From the NCBI RefSeq assembly GCF_009914755.1, contig NC_060943.1: a DNA stretch of 64,000 nucleotides; one strand, 5' to 3'. Below are positions 35,176 through 58,961 of the stretch, in pieces. The stretch's first letter is position 1. Each line of letters starts with the position of its first letter. The DNA is from the human T2T-CHM13v2.0 reference genome, Homo sapiens. Made by a program: the position numbers and the translations under genes. The notes beneath the pieces are model-generated. The model worked only from the letters and a program-made list of their open reading frames with translations. It was not told the DNA's origin and did no database searches.

Positions 35176-35931
35176 TTAAAAATTTAAAAATTAAAAAAAA
35201 GTAAATGGATCTGAGAGTAGGATATATGATTTTAAAAAAGGAAAAAGAAAAAGAAGTGAATGGCAAAAGAGAGTGGTTGGTTCGGCCAATGGAATACTAC
35301 ACAGCAATAGAAAAGATCCAACACCTGATATATGCAGCAACATATCTCAAAAACTTTGTGTTGGGGCCAGGCACAGTGGCTCACACCTGTAATCCCAGCA
35401 CTTTGAGACACCAAGGTGGGAGGATCACTTGAACCCAGGGGTTTTGAGACCAGGCTGTGCAACATAGTGAGATCCCATCTCATTTTATTTTAAAAAAAGA
35501 AAAAACTTGGTGTTGAGTTTAGAAAGCCTTAAACAAACAAACAAAACATACTGTGTAACTGAATATATATGAAGTTTCAGAACAGACAAAACTAACCAGT
35601 GGTGATAGAAATCAGAACACATGTTACCTTTGGGAGGGCATGGCCCCAGAAGGAGCAACAGGGAGGAGCCCCCACGATCTTCATCTAGGTGACAGCTGCA
35701 TGTGTGTACAGATACGTTGAGAATCACTGACTCAGGCCTGTCACTGGACGTATGTTATTCTTCAATAAAAACAAGGTAAAGAATGTCACTGTGGACTCTG
35801 TGTAAAAAAGGAAAATGACTCTAGAAGGGGTGAGAGAGAAGGCCAGGAAACCAACAGGGGGCCGTGTAGTTTTCCATGGAAGAAAGAGAAAAACAGCCCC
35901 TAACAGCTGGGAGTTGGCCTGACACACATAG

Positions 35932-36981
<1,050 letters not shown>

Positions 36982-38960
36982 CAGGCCAGAGCAGATGTAC
37001 TTAGCCAAGGGTGTCCCAAAGGAAAGGTGAAGAGTGGAAAGATCTAAAATATTTTAGGAGGAAGAACAGGTAGGGATTACTGATGGATCCAATGTGAGGG
37101 AAGAGGAAGTGGGAGGTTTCCAAGCTAATTCCAGACAGTTCTTGCCATAAACCACATCATGACATTAATAACAATGGTAACAAAAGTCATAATAACAACA
37201 GTGACTGAGTATCAAGTGTTTGTTTCCCAGAAACTGTTTTGAACAGGGGGCATGCATTATCTCATTTAATCCTCACCTGTAAGTATGGTTATTAGCATTT
37301 ATTAACCACTTACTCTGTGCTTAGCACTTTCTGTGAATCCTCTCTGAATGTCACGACAGCTCTGCAAAGAGAGAACTAAGTCTCATTTCACAGATGGGAA
37401 AACTGAGACTGGGAGAGGCTTGGAAGTGGCAGAACTGGGATTTGAATCCAGGGCTGTCTCCAAAGGCCCCCATGCCATTTGCCAAAGTCAGAGCCTGGGT
37501 TTAGGCCTGAGATTATATTTTGCAATGACCCTTAGTTTTACAGCCAGACAGGCATGCATTTGAATACCAACTCTGCCCCTAATCTGCTGTGTGACTTGAT
37601 CAAGTGACTCCAATTCTTTGATGTTCAGAGGCTTCCTGTCTAAACAAAGACTATGACAAAAGCACATGCATTCAGTGCTTCCTCTGTGCCAGGCAACTTT
37701 CCACACCCTTTACACACAATCCTATGAGAGATTTCTATGATGGTCAATTTACAAATGGGGAAATCGAGGCAGGCATGGGGGGCTTAACAACTTGCTCAGG
37801 GTCACAAAGCTAGGAAGTCACAATGCTAGGAGACAGTATTTGAACTCAGGCAGTCTGGCTTAACTAACAGTACCTATAATTAGGTACATGGGTCCATTGG
37901 ATATCAGCTGTGAAACTTTGACAATTACTTGGCCCCTGTGTGCCTCAGTGCCCTCATCCTCATCCATAAAATGAGGGTCTTAGTAGTACCCACATCATAC
38001 TAGGTGCTATACTGCTAGGGCATCAATGTTATATATATGTGAAATACTATACTGCTAGAGCATCAATGTTAAATATATGTGAAATGATTAAAATAGGGTC
38101 AAATTCTAGGAGTTATGAAAGCATTAGTTTTTATTACTAATAATAGGTTAAGGGCCAAGCACAGTGGCTGGTGCCTGTAATCCCAGCATTTTGTGGGGGC
38201 TGAGGCGGGAAGATCACTTGAGCCCAGGAGTTTGAGACCAGCCTGGGCAACATAGTGAAACCCTATCTCTACAAAAAATACAAAAAGTAGCCAGGTGTGG
38301 TGGTGCACACCTGTAGATCCAACTACTCGGGAGGCCGAGGTGGAAGGATCGCATTGAGCCTGGGAGGTCAAGGCTGCAGTAAGTTGTGATCACGTCACTG
38401 TACTCCAGCCTGAGTCACAGAGTGAGACCCTGTCTCAATAATAATAATAATAAATAGATTGTTAGTATAACTATTATTATTAACAGCCCTCACTTCTTGA
38501 GCTCCAACCGTGTGCCACACAGGGTGGTCAGCTCTTATACAAGCAATCTTGCCTTGAATTCCTAACGAGGGGGTAGAGAGGAAGATCTCCTTCACAGAGG
38601 AAGACTCTGAGACCCAGAGAGAGGAAGGTATCTGTTCAAGTTCACACAGCAAGGGAAGCGGCAGAGTCAGATGTCAGACCCGGCTGCAGGGGGCTGGCTC
38701 ACTGTCTGATGACGAGACAAGCAGCGGTCGTGTTTATAAAGATATTATCTGTTCTCCAGACCCTGTGAGGCACCCCCGTTCCCAACAATGACGAGCACTT
38801 CAGTCACCTGGGTGAGGTCACTTGGCATCATGCTGAAGCTGAGAGAGAGAAAGTGAATGACTTCTTGTGAAGTCATTCATTCAGCACTGTCCCCTTCCCC
38901 CTCCCTCCGCCCGCCTCCCAGCCTTGGAATCTCAGCCCTGATTCTTGCTTTGCTGTGTGA

Positions 38961-39245
<285 letters not shown>

Positions 39246-40047
39246 TGATCTGCCTGCCTCGGCCTCTCAAAGTGCTGGGATTACAGGCGTGAGCCACCAT
39301 GCCGGGCCCAAAGTGTCTTTTTTATAATAAAAGAAGGACTATCTTTCATTGGTAGGGTAAGGCAGTGGGCAAAATATCAAGTCTGGAAGTGGACAGACAC
39401 ATTTTAATCCTATCTCTGCCACCCTCTTGCTGTGTAACCTCAAGCAACTCCATCTCCCTCTCTGAACTTCCCCTGAAAACCCCTACCTCCTGAGGGATAG
39501 AGCGGGGACCCAGTGAGTGACAGGCAGGGTGAGACTAGCATTATTATTGTGTGCTGCTCTGAAGCAGGAGGCCCTGCAGGTCCCAGCTGTGTGGGAGAGT
39601 TTCAGGGAGGAACCCCAACTGGCCAGACCAGAAGAACTAGCATCTCGGGAGGGAGTGGGACCCAGGGTGGAGAGGTACCTCTTGCTCAGGCCTGCCCAGA
39701 TTCTAGGCGCTGACCCCCGCCTGGCCCATGACCAGAGAACAGAAGGAGGTTTGAATGCAGGGCACCACTTAAGCCTGCTGCGTGGTAGGTGGCTGGCTCT
39801 TCTGGGTCCTTTGCAGATTTTATGGCAGAGAATCTAGAATCTGGCTCAGGGGTCAGTGCGGAGGCAGCTGCCAGCAATACAGATCACTCCCAGGCCTCAG
39901 ACAAGCCCAGGACCATATTCACTCTGGATTTCTCGTCTCCCTGTGGCAGACCAGGCTCTGACGCCAGTGAGGTTCCCAGCCTGACTCAGGCCCACTCCCT
40001 CTGGGACACACTGTTTGTGACAAGTTAGGGAAGGAGTGGAGTCAGGG

Positions 40048-41585
<1,538 letters not shown>

Positions 41586-42107
41586 CAGTAAGGGACCCAG
41601 TTTGCAGAGGGGCTGGGGGATGAACTGATCCAAGAATCCAGATGTCACATACCTGAAGGTAGAGGCCAAGGGACACCTACAGTCCCAGAGGACCTAGGAA
41701 TTTGGGTGTCTGCACTCCCGGGACTCAGAGCACTATATCTGGGTCCTCAAGGGAACTTTTTGAGGCAGGAAAGAGCTGTCTCCAGAATGACAGCCTAGAG
41801 TGCTCAAGTGGGGGACCCTGGAGGACTGTAGAGGCCCAGAACAGGCACCTGACCCAGCCTAGGGGTCAGGGAGAGCTTCTTGAAGGAACGGGCGCCGTAG
41901 ATGAGACCTGAAGGATGAAGTCAGCCAAAGAGCTCTGCCTGCCTTGTTCATGACAGTCCCCAGCCCTTAGCATCACTTTCCCATCAGTTTATTCAACCAC
42001 CAGATGTTCCCTCCGTACGCAGTATGCACCAGGCCCTCTGCTGTACCAAGGGTTCAGTGGTGACCAAGACAGCACTCACTCCCAGGCCAGAGCGGGAGAC
42101 AGACTCA

Positions 42108-42609
<502 letters not shown>

Positions 42610-43468
42610 CTAAATGATGAGCAGGGCTTTTGTGGAATGGGGAGAGGTGCCTAAGCAAAGGGAACAGAACGTACAAAGGCCCAGAGGTGAAAGGGAAGCG
42701 AGTTTTGTTTTTTGTTTTTTTCCACTTTCATGGAATGAGACATGCTCTATGGTGCTGGGAACAGCAGTGACCAGGACAATGCTGGCTCTGCCTCATGGAG
42801 CTCCCAGTGCATAAAGGACACAGATCCATCGCCCATGATGACCCAGGGTCCTCAGGGATGGGATGACAGAGCTCAAAAGGGGGTGCCTGACCCAGCCAGG
42901 AAAGTCAGTGAGGGCTTCCTGAAGGAGGTGCCAACTGAACTAAGGCTGGAAGAATGAGGTGCAGCTGATTAAGGGAAGGAGGGGGGCCAGGCGTGGTGGC
43001 TCACACCTGTAATCTCAGCACCTTGGGAGGCTAAGGTGAGTGGATCGCTTAAGTCCAGGAGTTGGAGACCAGCCTGGGCAACACAGTGAGACCCCATCTC
43101 TATAAAAATAAATAGATAAAAGAAAAAAAGGGAAGAAAAGGGCAGAGGGAACAACGTAGGCAAAGGCCTAAAGGGGGGAAGCCTAGGAGTTCCTAGAAAT
43201 TTCCAGCAGCCGGTCAGGCCAGAAAGGGTGGAAACAGAAGGGCCTACAAACTAAAAAAGCAAAACTGCCAAACACTAAGGGGGACATGCCTCTCACCCTC
43301 TTCTCCCAGCTATGACCTTAAGAGTTGAAGGCCTCCATTCCTAGAGAGCCGGCTGTGGGACGCGTGGCTCCCAGAGGTACCGATAACTCAGATGTCCTGC
43401 CTAGGGGTCAAGGGGCCCCGGATGCCTGGGCTGGAAACCACAGCAGCAATTCCTGTTTTTCCTCCGTA

Positions 43469-43474
43469 TTTAAT
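43469..43474 (-). terminator. PHLDB3: PHLDB3 polyadenylation signal ATTAAA
   Basis: tttaat on the + strand, about 280 nt after the stop codon. Confidence 0.7.
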
Positions 43475-43539
43475 TCGGTATCACAGGAGCACCAATAAAT
43501 AGTTTCTTCCCGCCCCTGCAATCTTCCTCCTGCCCCGGG

Positions 43540-43918
<379 letters not shown>

Positions 43919-44125
43919 TCAGACAAAAGACACCGGCCACAGTCTGGGTGCGAACCCAGCCTTGCTACTTATAGTCTGTGTGGCACTGGACAAGGTACTT
44001 AAGTATCTGAATGTCAGTTTCCCTGTCTTCCCAAATGATGCCACCTACCTCACTGGGTTATAAGGATTAAATGAATTAACACAAGGAAGTGCTTAAAATT
44101 ATCATATGTAGAGCGCTATTGATAA

Positions 44126-44422
<297 letters not shown>

Positions 44423-45554
44423 TGAGCCACTGTGCCAGGCCGAGAAATTTAAAAGTAGGACTTATGACGCCTTCTCTCAGCCTAACTTCTCCTATATTAG
44501 AAATACAGGCATTCAAATTCCACCTCCCCAAAATCTAGGTCCCCTTGTACCTGGGAAAAGTTAGTGTCTAGAATCCGTTATTTGAGTACCCACTTGCCAA
44601 TCCCAAATTGAGTAAATCCCTTATGTCCATAATCTGTTTTTAGCCCTCTCAATAACCCTGATGGAATGGGTTGATGCGTACCCATTCTACACGTGAGAAA
44701 ACTCAGGCCGGCCGGGCTGGGTGGCTCACGCCTGCAATCCCAGCACTTTGGGAGGTTGAAGCGGATTGATTGCTTGAACTCAGGAGTTCAAGACCAGCCT
44801 GGGCAACAGAGGGAGACCCCATCTCTACAAAAAAATACCAGAAAAACAAAACAAAACAAATTAGCTGGGTGTGGTGGCACACACATATAGTCCTAGCTAC
44901 TCAGGAGGCTGAGGCAGGAGGATTGCTTGAGCCCGAGAGATAGAGGCTGCAGTGAGCTATGATTGTACCACTGCACTCCAGCCTGGTCTATGGAGCAAGA
45001 AAAAAAAAAAGAAAAAGAAACAAAGAAAACTAAGGCTAAAGGCTAAAGAAAGGAAGTCACTTTCCTGATGTCACATAGCTGAGATTCCAACCTAATTGCT
45101 AAAAAGCCACAGTTTGGTTATTCTCCACAGAGCTTTCTAAATATTGTATCAGTTGCCAACATTTAAATTTTTGGCACTGTGCTTTATACAAGTTCCAATT
45201 CCTGAGTTCTCTGGGAAAAAATAAATATAAGACAACACCATGGGACCCACTCCCACTTGGCAACTGTTGGCAGGAGCCAACTAACAACCATCTCCTTTAT
45301 TTATTTTTCATTTAAAAAATAAAAAAAAAAAAACAGAGATGGGATCTTGCTATGTTGACCATGCTGGTCTCAAACTCCTGGCCTCCTGCAGTCCTCCCAT
45401 CTTGGTCTCCCAAAATGTTGGGATTATAGGCATGAGCCACGACGCCTGGCAGATCATCTCCTTTAGCTGCTCCCAGGCTGCCCGACCCTTGCTGTGACCT
45501 CTCCATTCATTTATTCCCAGTTGGACATCAGAGTCTGCCATATTTTGGCTCTAA

Positions 45555-45949
<395 letters not shown>

Positions 45950-46273
45950 TCAGGAGTTTGAGACCAACCTGGCCAACACAGTGAAACCCCGTCTCTACTA
46001 AAAATACAAAAATTAGCCGGGCACGGTGCCTGTAATCCCAGCTACTCAGGAGGCTGAGGCAGGAGAATTGCTTGAACCAGGGAGGCGGAGGTTGCAGTGA
46101 GCCGAGATGGCGCCACTGTACTCAGGCCTGGGCGACAGAATGAGACTCTGTCTTAAAAAAAAAAAAAAAGAAGAAAATTAACAGTGGCTGAAGGCCAGAG
46201 TCTGGGCTCTTAATTTTTAGTCCCTGCAGTCAGGTGACCTGTTTGTTTTCTCTGCGACAAACACGTACTCCTA

Positions 46274-46612
<339 letters not shown>

Positions 46613-47155
46613 CTAAAGGTTGGGAGGTGAGTGAATGTTAACGCTGGATGGGAGACTGGGCGCAGAAACTGGACATGATTGGGGAGTGGGGTCTGTGGAG
46701 CTGGAATCCTAGGCCCTGAATGCTCGGCCTCTGAGAAGGGAAGGAACTCAGGGAGTGCTCAAGTGCTTTCTAGGTATAATCTCTAACCCTCTCAAACTCT
46801 CCTGGAGGGGTAAGTACATTTATCTCCATCTGACAGATGTGGAAACCAAGACTCAGAGAAGTTAAGGCACCCAGCACAAGTCACACAGCCAGAGCTGACA
46901 GAGCCAGGACTCACCAAGTAGAGTCAAATGGTCATACAGGTTAGGGAAGAAGGATTTGAGACAATACAAGCGTCCAAGGAGGCTGGGTGCAGTGGCTCAA
47001 GCCTGTAATCCCAGCACTTTAGGAGGCTGAGGCAGGCAGATCACAAGGTCAGGAGATCGAGACCATCCTGGCTAACACAGTGAAACCCTGTCTCTACTAA
47101 AAATACAAAAAATTAGCCAGGTGTGGTGGCATGAGCCTGTAGTCCCGCCTATTCA

Positions 47156-47329
<174 letters not shown>

Positions 47330-47595
47330 CTAGAGAAGAAGGACAAGGGCCCCAGACTCCTGGCCATTGGGGGGCTGGGGGCAGCTGACAGTGCAGGTTC
47401 AGACTCATGGGTGTCTTAGGAACATGGGCCCTGGGAAGCTTGAATTGTACTAAACTGTTATCTATGTCCCTGAGGAGGACTGGGGGTTTGAATTCTGGGT
47501 GGCTTAAAGAGGGGCTGGGGATCTGGATTCCAGGGTCTGGAGGAGAGAGAGAGCTGGGAGCCTGGACTCCTGGGTTGTAGGGAAGTTAGGAGCTA

Positions 47596-48069
<474 letters not shown>

Positions 48070-48317
48070 CTAGGACCATCTGACAAATGCAACGGCTACG
48101 TGGATTGACTGTGATGCTCTGCCCAGGACTTTATGGACATCAGCTCCTTGGCACTTCATGGCAACTGTGAGCCCCATTTTACAAATGAGCAAAATGAGGT
48201 ACAGAGAGATGACATAATGCACCCGAGGTCACACAGAGCTTCTAGGCAGCAGAACTGGGACACGAACCCAGGTATTTCTGACCCTAGAGCTCACCCTGAA
48301 ACATCAGAGGCCTATCA

Positions 48318-48605
<288 letters not shown>

Positions 48606-48607
48606 CT

Positions 48608-48641
<34 letters not shown>

Positions 48642-48660
48642 AGAGAGAGAAGAGAAGCTA

Positions 48661-48789
<129 letters not shown>

Positions 48790-49344
48790 TTAGCTGGGCC
48801 TAGTGCTGCACACCTGTAGTTCCAGCTACTAAGGAGGCTGAGCCCAGGAGGATCACTTGAGCCCAGGAGATCGAAATTGCATTGAGCTATGATTGCACCA
48901 CTGCACTCCAGCCTGGGTGATTGAGTGAGACCCTGTCTCAAAAATAAAAAAGAAAGAGAGAGCTTGTTTACATTATTATTGTTGTGATGAAATTAATGAA
49001 TATAATCCTCTGCTAAGTACTTTCTAGGTATAATCTCTGCCCCCTCAAACTCTCCTGAAGGGGTAAGTACATTTATCTCCGTTTCACAGATGTGGAAACC
49101 AAGACTCAGAGAGGTTAAGTCACTCGGCACAAGTCACACAGCCTGAGCTGACAGAGCCAGGACTCACCAGGTAGAGTGGTCACCTCAGATGGTCATACAG
49201 GTTGGGGAGGAGGATTTAAGGCAATACAAGTGTCCACTATTTATGAGAGCCTGACCATGAGCTGGTCTGATCCAACCTATTCTTCCCAAATAATCCCTGC
49301 AAACAGTGGTATGATTCCGGAGGTCAAACTGAGGTTCAGGGTAG

Positions 49345-49530
49345 TACATCTCAGATTTCTTCATGCAAGCAGATCCGCTGGGGATTTTGTTAAAATGTTA
49401 AAATGCAGACTCTGATTCAGTCATTTCAGGGTGGAGTCTGGAGTAGGGGGAGAGGTTCTGCATGTCTGACAAGCTCCCAGGTGGGCCCTGATGCTGCTGT
49501 TCCACCAGCCACACTTTTGAGTGTCAAGGA
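49345..49530. mobile_element. MER5A (hAT-Charlie) relic
   Basis: TTGTTAAAATGCAGA-like...TCTGCAT...ACAAGCTCCCAGGTG...GATGCTGCTG...CACACTTTTGAG. Confidence 0.7.
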
Positions 49531-49614
49531 GTTAGAAAACTGAAGCAGGATGGGTGCGGTGGCTCACACGTGTAATCCCAGCACTTTGGGAGGCCAAGAG
49601 GGGAGGATCACTTA

Positions 49615-50300
<686 letters not shown>

Positions 50301-51560
50301 TTAAAGAGTACCCGCTGGGCCTGCAATCTCCCCAAATCCACACAGAAAGACCAAGGATCACCACTGTGTGTGGAAGCTCCCGCTCTGTGTCAGGCACTAT
50401 GCCAAGTGGTCACTGTGATTACCTCGTTTCTTCTCCAAAAGAACCCATTAATGTTCCTGCTAGACAGATCAAGAAACTGAGGCTTTAAGAAGAGGTGACT
50501 CTCCAAGGTCACCAAACTAGGATGTAGGGGAGCTGGGCCCCAATCTAGGAGGAGACCAGGGATGGGCTTGGGACTCCACCACTGCCCGGCTGTGTCACCT
50601 CCACAGAACTCCTGCCCCTCTGGGAGCCTCAGTTCCCTATGCTAAAACACCAGGGTTATCACAGCACTCTCCTCTGGGGCTGTTTCAAGGATGAGCTGGC
50701 TGCCCTCAGGGTCTCTCACCTAGAGGTTCCTCTTCTAGGTGTGAAGCCCAGGGACACACTTGCTCACGTGCACAAAAGATAGCAGGGGTGTACGGCAGGG
50801 GACAAAGCACACAGCAGGGGACTGTTTAATAAATGATGATGCTAGAAGCCAGGCAGAACACCAGAGCAGGAGCAATTCTGTTTGTTTGTTTGTTTGTTTG
50901 TTTTGAGACAGAGTCTCGCTCTGTCACCCAGGCTGGAGAGCAGTGGTGTGATCTTGGCTCATTGCAACCTCTGCTTCCCAGTTCAAGCGATTCTCCTGCC
51001 TCAGCCTCTCGGGTAGCTGTGACTATAGGCACATGCCACCACGCCCAGATGATTTTTGTATTTTCAGTAGAGACGGGGTTTCTCCATGTTGGTCAGGCTG
51101 GTCTCGAACTCCTGACCTCAGGTGATCTGCCCACCTCAGCCTCCCAAAATGCTGGGATTACAGGCGTGAGCCACCACGCCTGGCCTGTGCTTCGTTTTTA
51201 ATGAGCACAAGCTTATGCCTAACAATGCAGAAGACCCCACTGCCGTTCCTGCCTTATTTTGCTCCCTGGCTCTTATCAGCCTCTGACATGCTATTTATTT
51301 TACATATTGATGTTGCTTTGTGTCCATCTTCCCCCTTAAAACATCAGCTTCCCCCAAAGGTGGGGATTGTTATCTTGGTCACTGCTATGACCCAGGGTCT
51401 AGCACACAGTAGGCACTCAATAAATATGGGCTGAAATGAATAAGGGAAGGACAAATGGTGGTAAAAACAAAAAGGTTGGGAAGGATGTGCTTATTTATGA
51501 GACAAATTCACAAAATATGGCTTGACTGGTGCATGTGGAAAAGTATAAACACAGATTTGA

Positions 51561-51797
<237 letters not shown>

Positions 51798-52268
51798 TAA
51801 ATTTCTGTAGAGATGAGGGTCTGACTATGTTGCCCAGGCTGTTCTCCAGCTCCGGGACTCAAGTGATCCTCCCACCTCGGCCTCTCAAAGTGCTGAGATT
51901 ATAGGCGTGAGCTATGGTGCCTAGCTTTATCATTCTTTATAACAAAACGCATTGATTCTATGAATGTTATTAGTATAGGCAAAAATGTAATTTATGTAAG
52001 GGAGTTGTCAGCTAAATCAAGAATGTGAAAAAGTCAACAGGATAAATTATTTGATTATTTCCACAAATAAATAGCATTTTCTTTAATGGGGAGGCAGAAC
52101 TGTTAGAGATTAAAAGATTTAAGAGACATTAAACCAAATGCATAGTGTGTGCTTTGCATATAGATTCAAATAAATCAACTGTGAAAAGATATTTTAGGTC
52201 AGGCATGATGGTTCAGGCCTATAATCTCAGCACTTTGGCCAGAAGGGAGGCTCGAGGCCAGGAATTCA

Positions 52269-52642
<374 letters not shown>

Positions 52643-52854
52643 TTAAAAACATATTTTGGAGACAATGAGAGAAATGTGAATATGGACTATATATTACAAT
52701 ATAATGAAATTAATAATCTCATAAGATGTGACAATGGAATTTTTGTTATGTTAAAAAAAAAAAAAAACTTATTGGCCAGGCACAGTGGCTTACACTTTTA
52801 ATCCCAGCACTTTTTGAGGCCAAGGCACACAGATCACCTGAGGTCAGGAGTTCA

Positions 52855-53073
<219 letters not shown>

Positions 53074-53625
53074 CTATCTATTGGAGATACACAGTGATGT
53101 TTGAGTGAAAGGATACAATATTTTGCTTTAAAATATTTCAGTGCAGAGTGGGATGTAGGTATGGGATTAGTAAAATAAAATTGGTGGCTGGGCACCAATG
53201 CCCTAGAATTATTCTTATAATTCTAGCAGCTTGGAGGCTGACATGGGAGGATTGTTTGAGGCCAGGAGTTTGAGATCAGCCTGAACAACATAGCAAGACT
53301 CTATCTCTACAAAAATAAAATACATTAAAAATATAGGAGTGCAGAAGACTTATGAGAAAAAAAGAAAAATATTAAAAATAAAAATAAAATATATATACCT
53401 AGTACATACACAAATTAAAATGTTAAATAAAATAAATAAAAAGTTGGCAAGTACAAGATTCAATATTGAAAATGATTAAAGCTGCGCAGTGGGCACCTGG
53501 GGGTCTATTAATCTACTCCTTCTCTCATGCATATGCTTGAATATTTCTATCGTAAAAAGGTTTTTTGTTTTTTTTTTTGAGACAGAATCTTGGTCTGTCA
53601 CCAAGACTGGAGTGCAGTGGTGTGA

Positions 53626-53739
<114 letters not shown>

Positions 53740-54131
53740 TAGTAGAGACGGGGTTTCACCATGTTGGCCAGGCTGGTCTTGAACTCCTGACCTCATGATC
53801 CACCCACCTCAGCCTCCCAAAGTGCTGGGATTACAGGCGTGAGCCACTGCGCCCGGCCTAAAAAGTTTTTTAAATAAATAAAAATAAAAACAGTTTTTTG
53901 GTTTTGATTTTTTTTTTTTTTTGAGACAGATTTTCGCTCTTATTGCCAAGGCTGGAGTGTAGTGGTACAATCTCGGCTCACTGCAACCTCCACCTGCGGG
54001 TTCAAGTGATTCTCATGCCTCAGTCTCCCGAGTAGCTGGGATTACAGGCATGTGCCACCATGCCCGGCTAATTTTTGTATTTTTAGTAGAGATGGGGTTT
54101 CACCATGCTGGCCAGGCTGGTCGCAAACTCA

Positions 54132-54257
<126 letters not shown>

Positions 54258-54613
54258 CTATAATCCCAGTACTCTGGGAGGCTGAGGCAGGAGGATTGCT
54301 TGAGGCCAGGAATAAGTCCCAGCATGGACTTGTCCTCCTTCTGTACTGACTGCTGACATTGTCACCAATGTACAGAAGAGGAAAATGAGGCAGAGTAGAG
54401 CAAGTTACCCGAGGACCTGCCACACATGGAGATGACCATCATCCGGTCATGGGAACAGGAACTGGTCCTCTGCAGTTCCCTTTCCCTTGCCAAGCCCAGG
54501 ACAATTTTCTGTTCAATTGGAGGAGAGGAAAGGGTCAGATGTAAGAAAGGGCATAGGTCAGGGGGAGAAACAGAGCAGGGAGAGGTGGGCGTGAGGGCGG
54601 GGGTGGGACTGAC

Positions 54614-54670
54614 CGTGATGGCAGGAACAGCAGGGCCTGAGGAACCTTCCGTGCCCCTTCTTGTTCCTTC
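54614..54670 (-). CDS. PHLDB3: PHLDB3 small internal exon
   Basis: 57 nt, EGTRRGTEGSSGPAVPAIT. cacAG acceptor, GTCAGT donor, phase 0/0. Confidence 0.85.
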
Positions 54671-54743
54671 CTGTGGATTCAGGATGAAGCACTCAATGAG
54701 GATCCCAGCCCATAAGATGGTAGGGTGGCTGGAGAATGTCCTA

Positions 54744-55073
<330 letters not shown>

Positions 55074-55126
55074 TTACAGTGGCTGGGCCTCTTCTTCCAT
55101 CTCCCCACCTTCTCTCTGATGTCTCA

Positions 55127-55558
<432 letters not shown>

Positions 55559-55579
55559 TCAGCACAAATCAAAACACTA

Positions 55580-56210
<631 letters not shown>

Positions 56211-57137
56211 TCTTTCTAAAAATCCCACTGTGGGCCAGGTGTGGTGGCTCACACCTGTAATCCCAGCACTTTGGGAGGCCGAGGCGGGTGGATAACTTGA
56301 GGTCAGGCGTTTGAGACCAGCCAGGCCAACATGGTGAAACCCCGTCTCTACTAAAAATACAAAAATTAGCCAGGTGTGGTGGCACATGCCTGTAATCCCA
56401 GCTTTTCAGGAGGCTGAGGCAGGAGAATTGCTTGAAGCTGGGAGGCAAAGGTTCCAGTGAGCCGAGATCTCGCCACTGAAATCCAGGCTGGACGACAGAG
56501 CGAGACTCTGTCGCAAAAAAAAAAAAGTCCCACTGCAGCCAGGCGCAGTGGCTCACACCTATAATGCCAGCACTTTGAGGCTGAGGCAGGCAAATTGCTT
56601 GAGCCCAGGAGTTGGAGATGAGCCTGGGCAACATGGTGAAACTCTGTCTCTACAAAAAAATAGAAAAATTAGCTGGGCATAGTGGCACGTGCCTGCAGTC
56701 CCAGCTACTGTGGAGGCTGACGTGGAAGGATCGCTTGAACCCCTGAGGTCAAGGTTGCAGGGAGCTGAGATTGTGCCACTGCGCTCCAGTCTGGGCGACA
56801 GAGTGACAGCCTGTCTCAAAAAAAATAAGTAAAACAAAAAAACAAAAAACCCACCGTGCTGGTGGCTATGTAGGAAACCCAGATGCCCTCACATGATACT
56901 GGGGGTGTTCTACTGGAACAAGCTTTATGGAGGGCAACTTGGCTTTTTTAAAAAAAATCTGAATGACAAATGCATAAACCATGGAGCCCCAATTCCAATT
57001 CTAGAAATTCAGCGGATGGATACACTCATACACATGCAAAGTGATCTGAGTTCAAGGTGATTCCCTGCAGTGCCATCTGTGCTAGCAAAAGCCTGGAGAC
57101 CACCTAAATGCCCATCAGAAGGGGACAAGGTAAATGA

Positions 57138-57524
<387 letters not shown>

Positions 57525-58067
57525 TAATATCCAAAAAAGAAAAGAAAAAAAACAGAACATAATATCCAAGAGAAAACCAAGGCCAGGTGTGGTAGCGTGC
57601 ACCTGTAGTCCCAGCTACTCAGGAGGCTGAGGTGGGAGGATCACTTGAGCCCAGGAGGTTGACCCTGCAGTGAGCCATGATCATGCCACTGCACTCCAGC
57701 CTGGGCGACAGTGAGATCTATCTCTTAAAGTTTTTTTTTTTTTTTTTAAGCGAGTACAGAACAGCATAGAATAAACTAGGTATGCATAAAAGAGGGAGAA
57801 AGTACATACATGACTAGCTGTGTCAACACAGAATATCTCTGGGGAACACATGGGAAATTGGTAACCCTGGTGGCCCTCAGGAAGTGAACAGCGTAGGAGG
57901 GGGAACAAGAGCCGCAGAGTCTTCTCTGAATATCCTCCCACACCATGTGAATTTTGAACGAGGAGAATGTTAACTTTTTAAAAGCAAATAAACATGACAA
58001 CTAAATGCAACCTGTGTTCCTGAGCCAAGAAAAAAAAAGTTTGTTTTTTTTTGTGAATTTTTTGCTA

Positions 58068-58499
<432 letters not shown>

Positions 58500-58709
58500 C
58501 TAATAGTGTTGTCTCAGTGGTAGTTTCCTGAAATCGATCATTGAACTGTGGTTGTGTAAGAGAATGGGCTTGACATTAGGTAGTAAATTTAGGAATATTT
58601 AGGGGTTAAGGGGAATCATGGGTAAGAAAATAATGGGCCAGGCATGAAGGCTCACACCTGTAATCCTAGCACTTTGGGAGGTCCAGGGAAGGCAGATCAC
58701 TTTAGCTCA

Positions 58710-58961
<252 letters not shown>

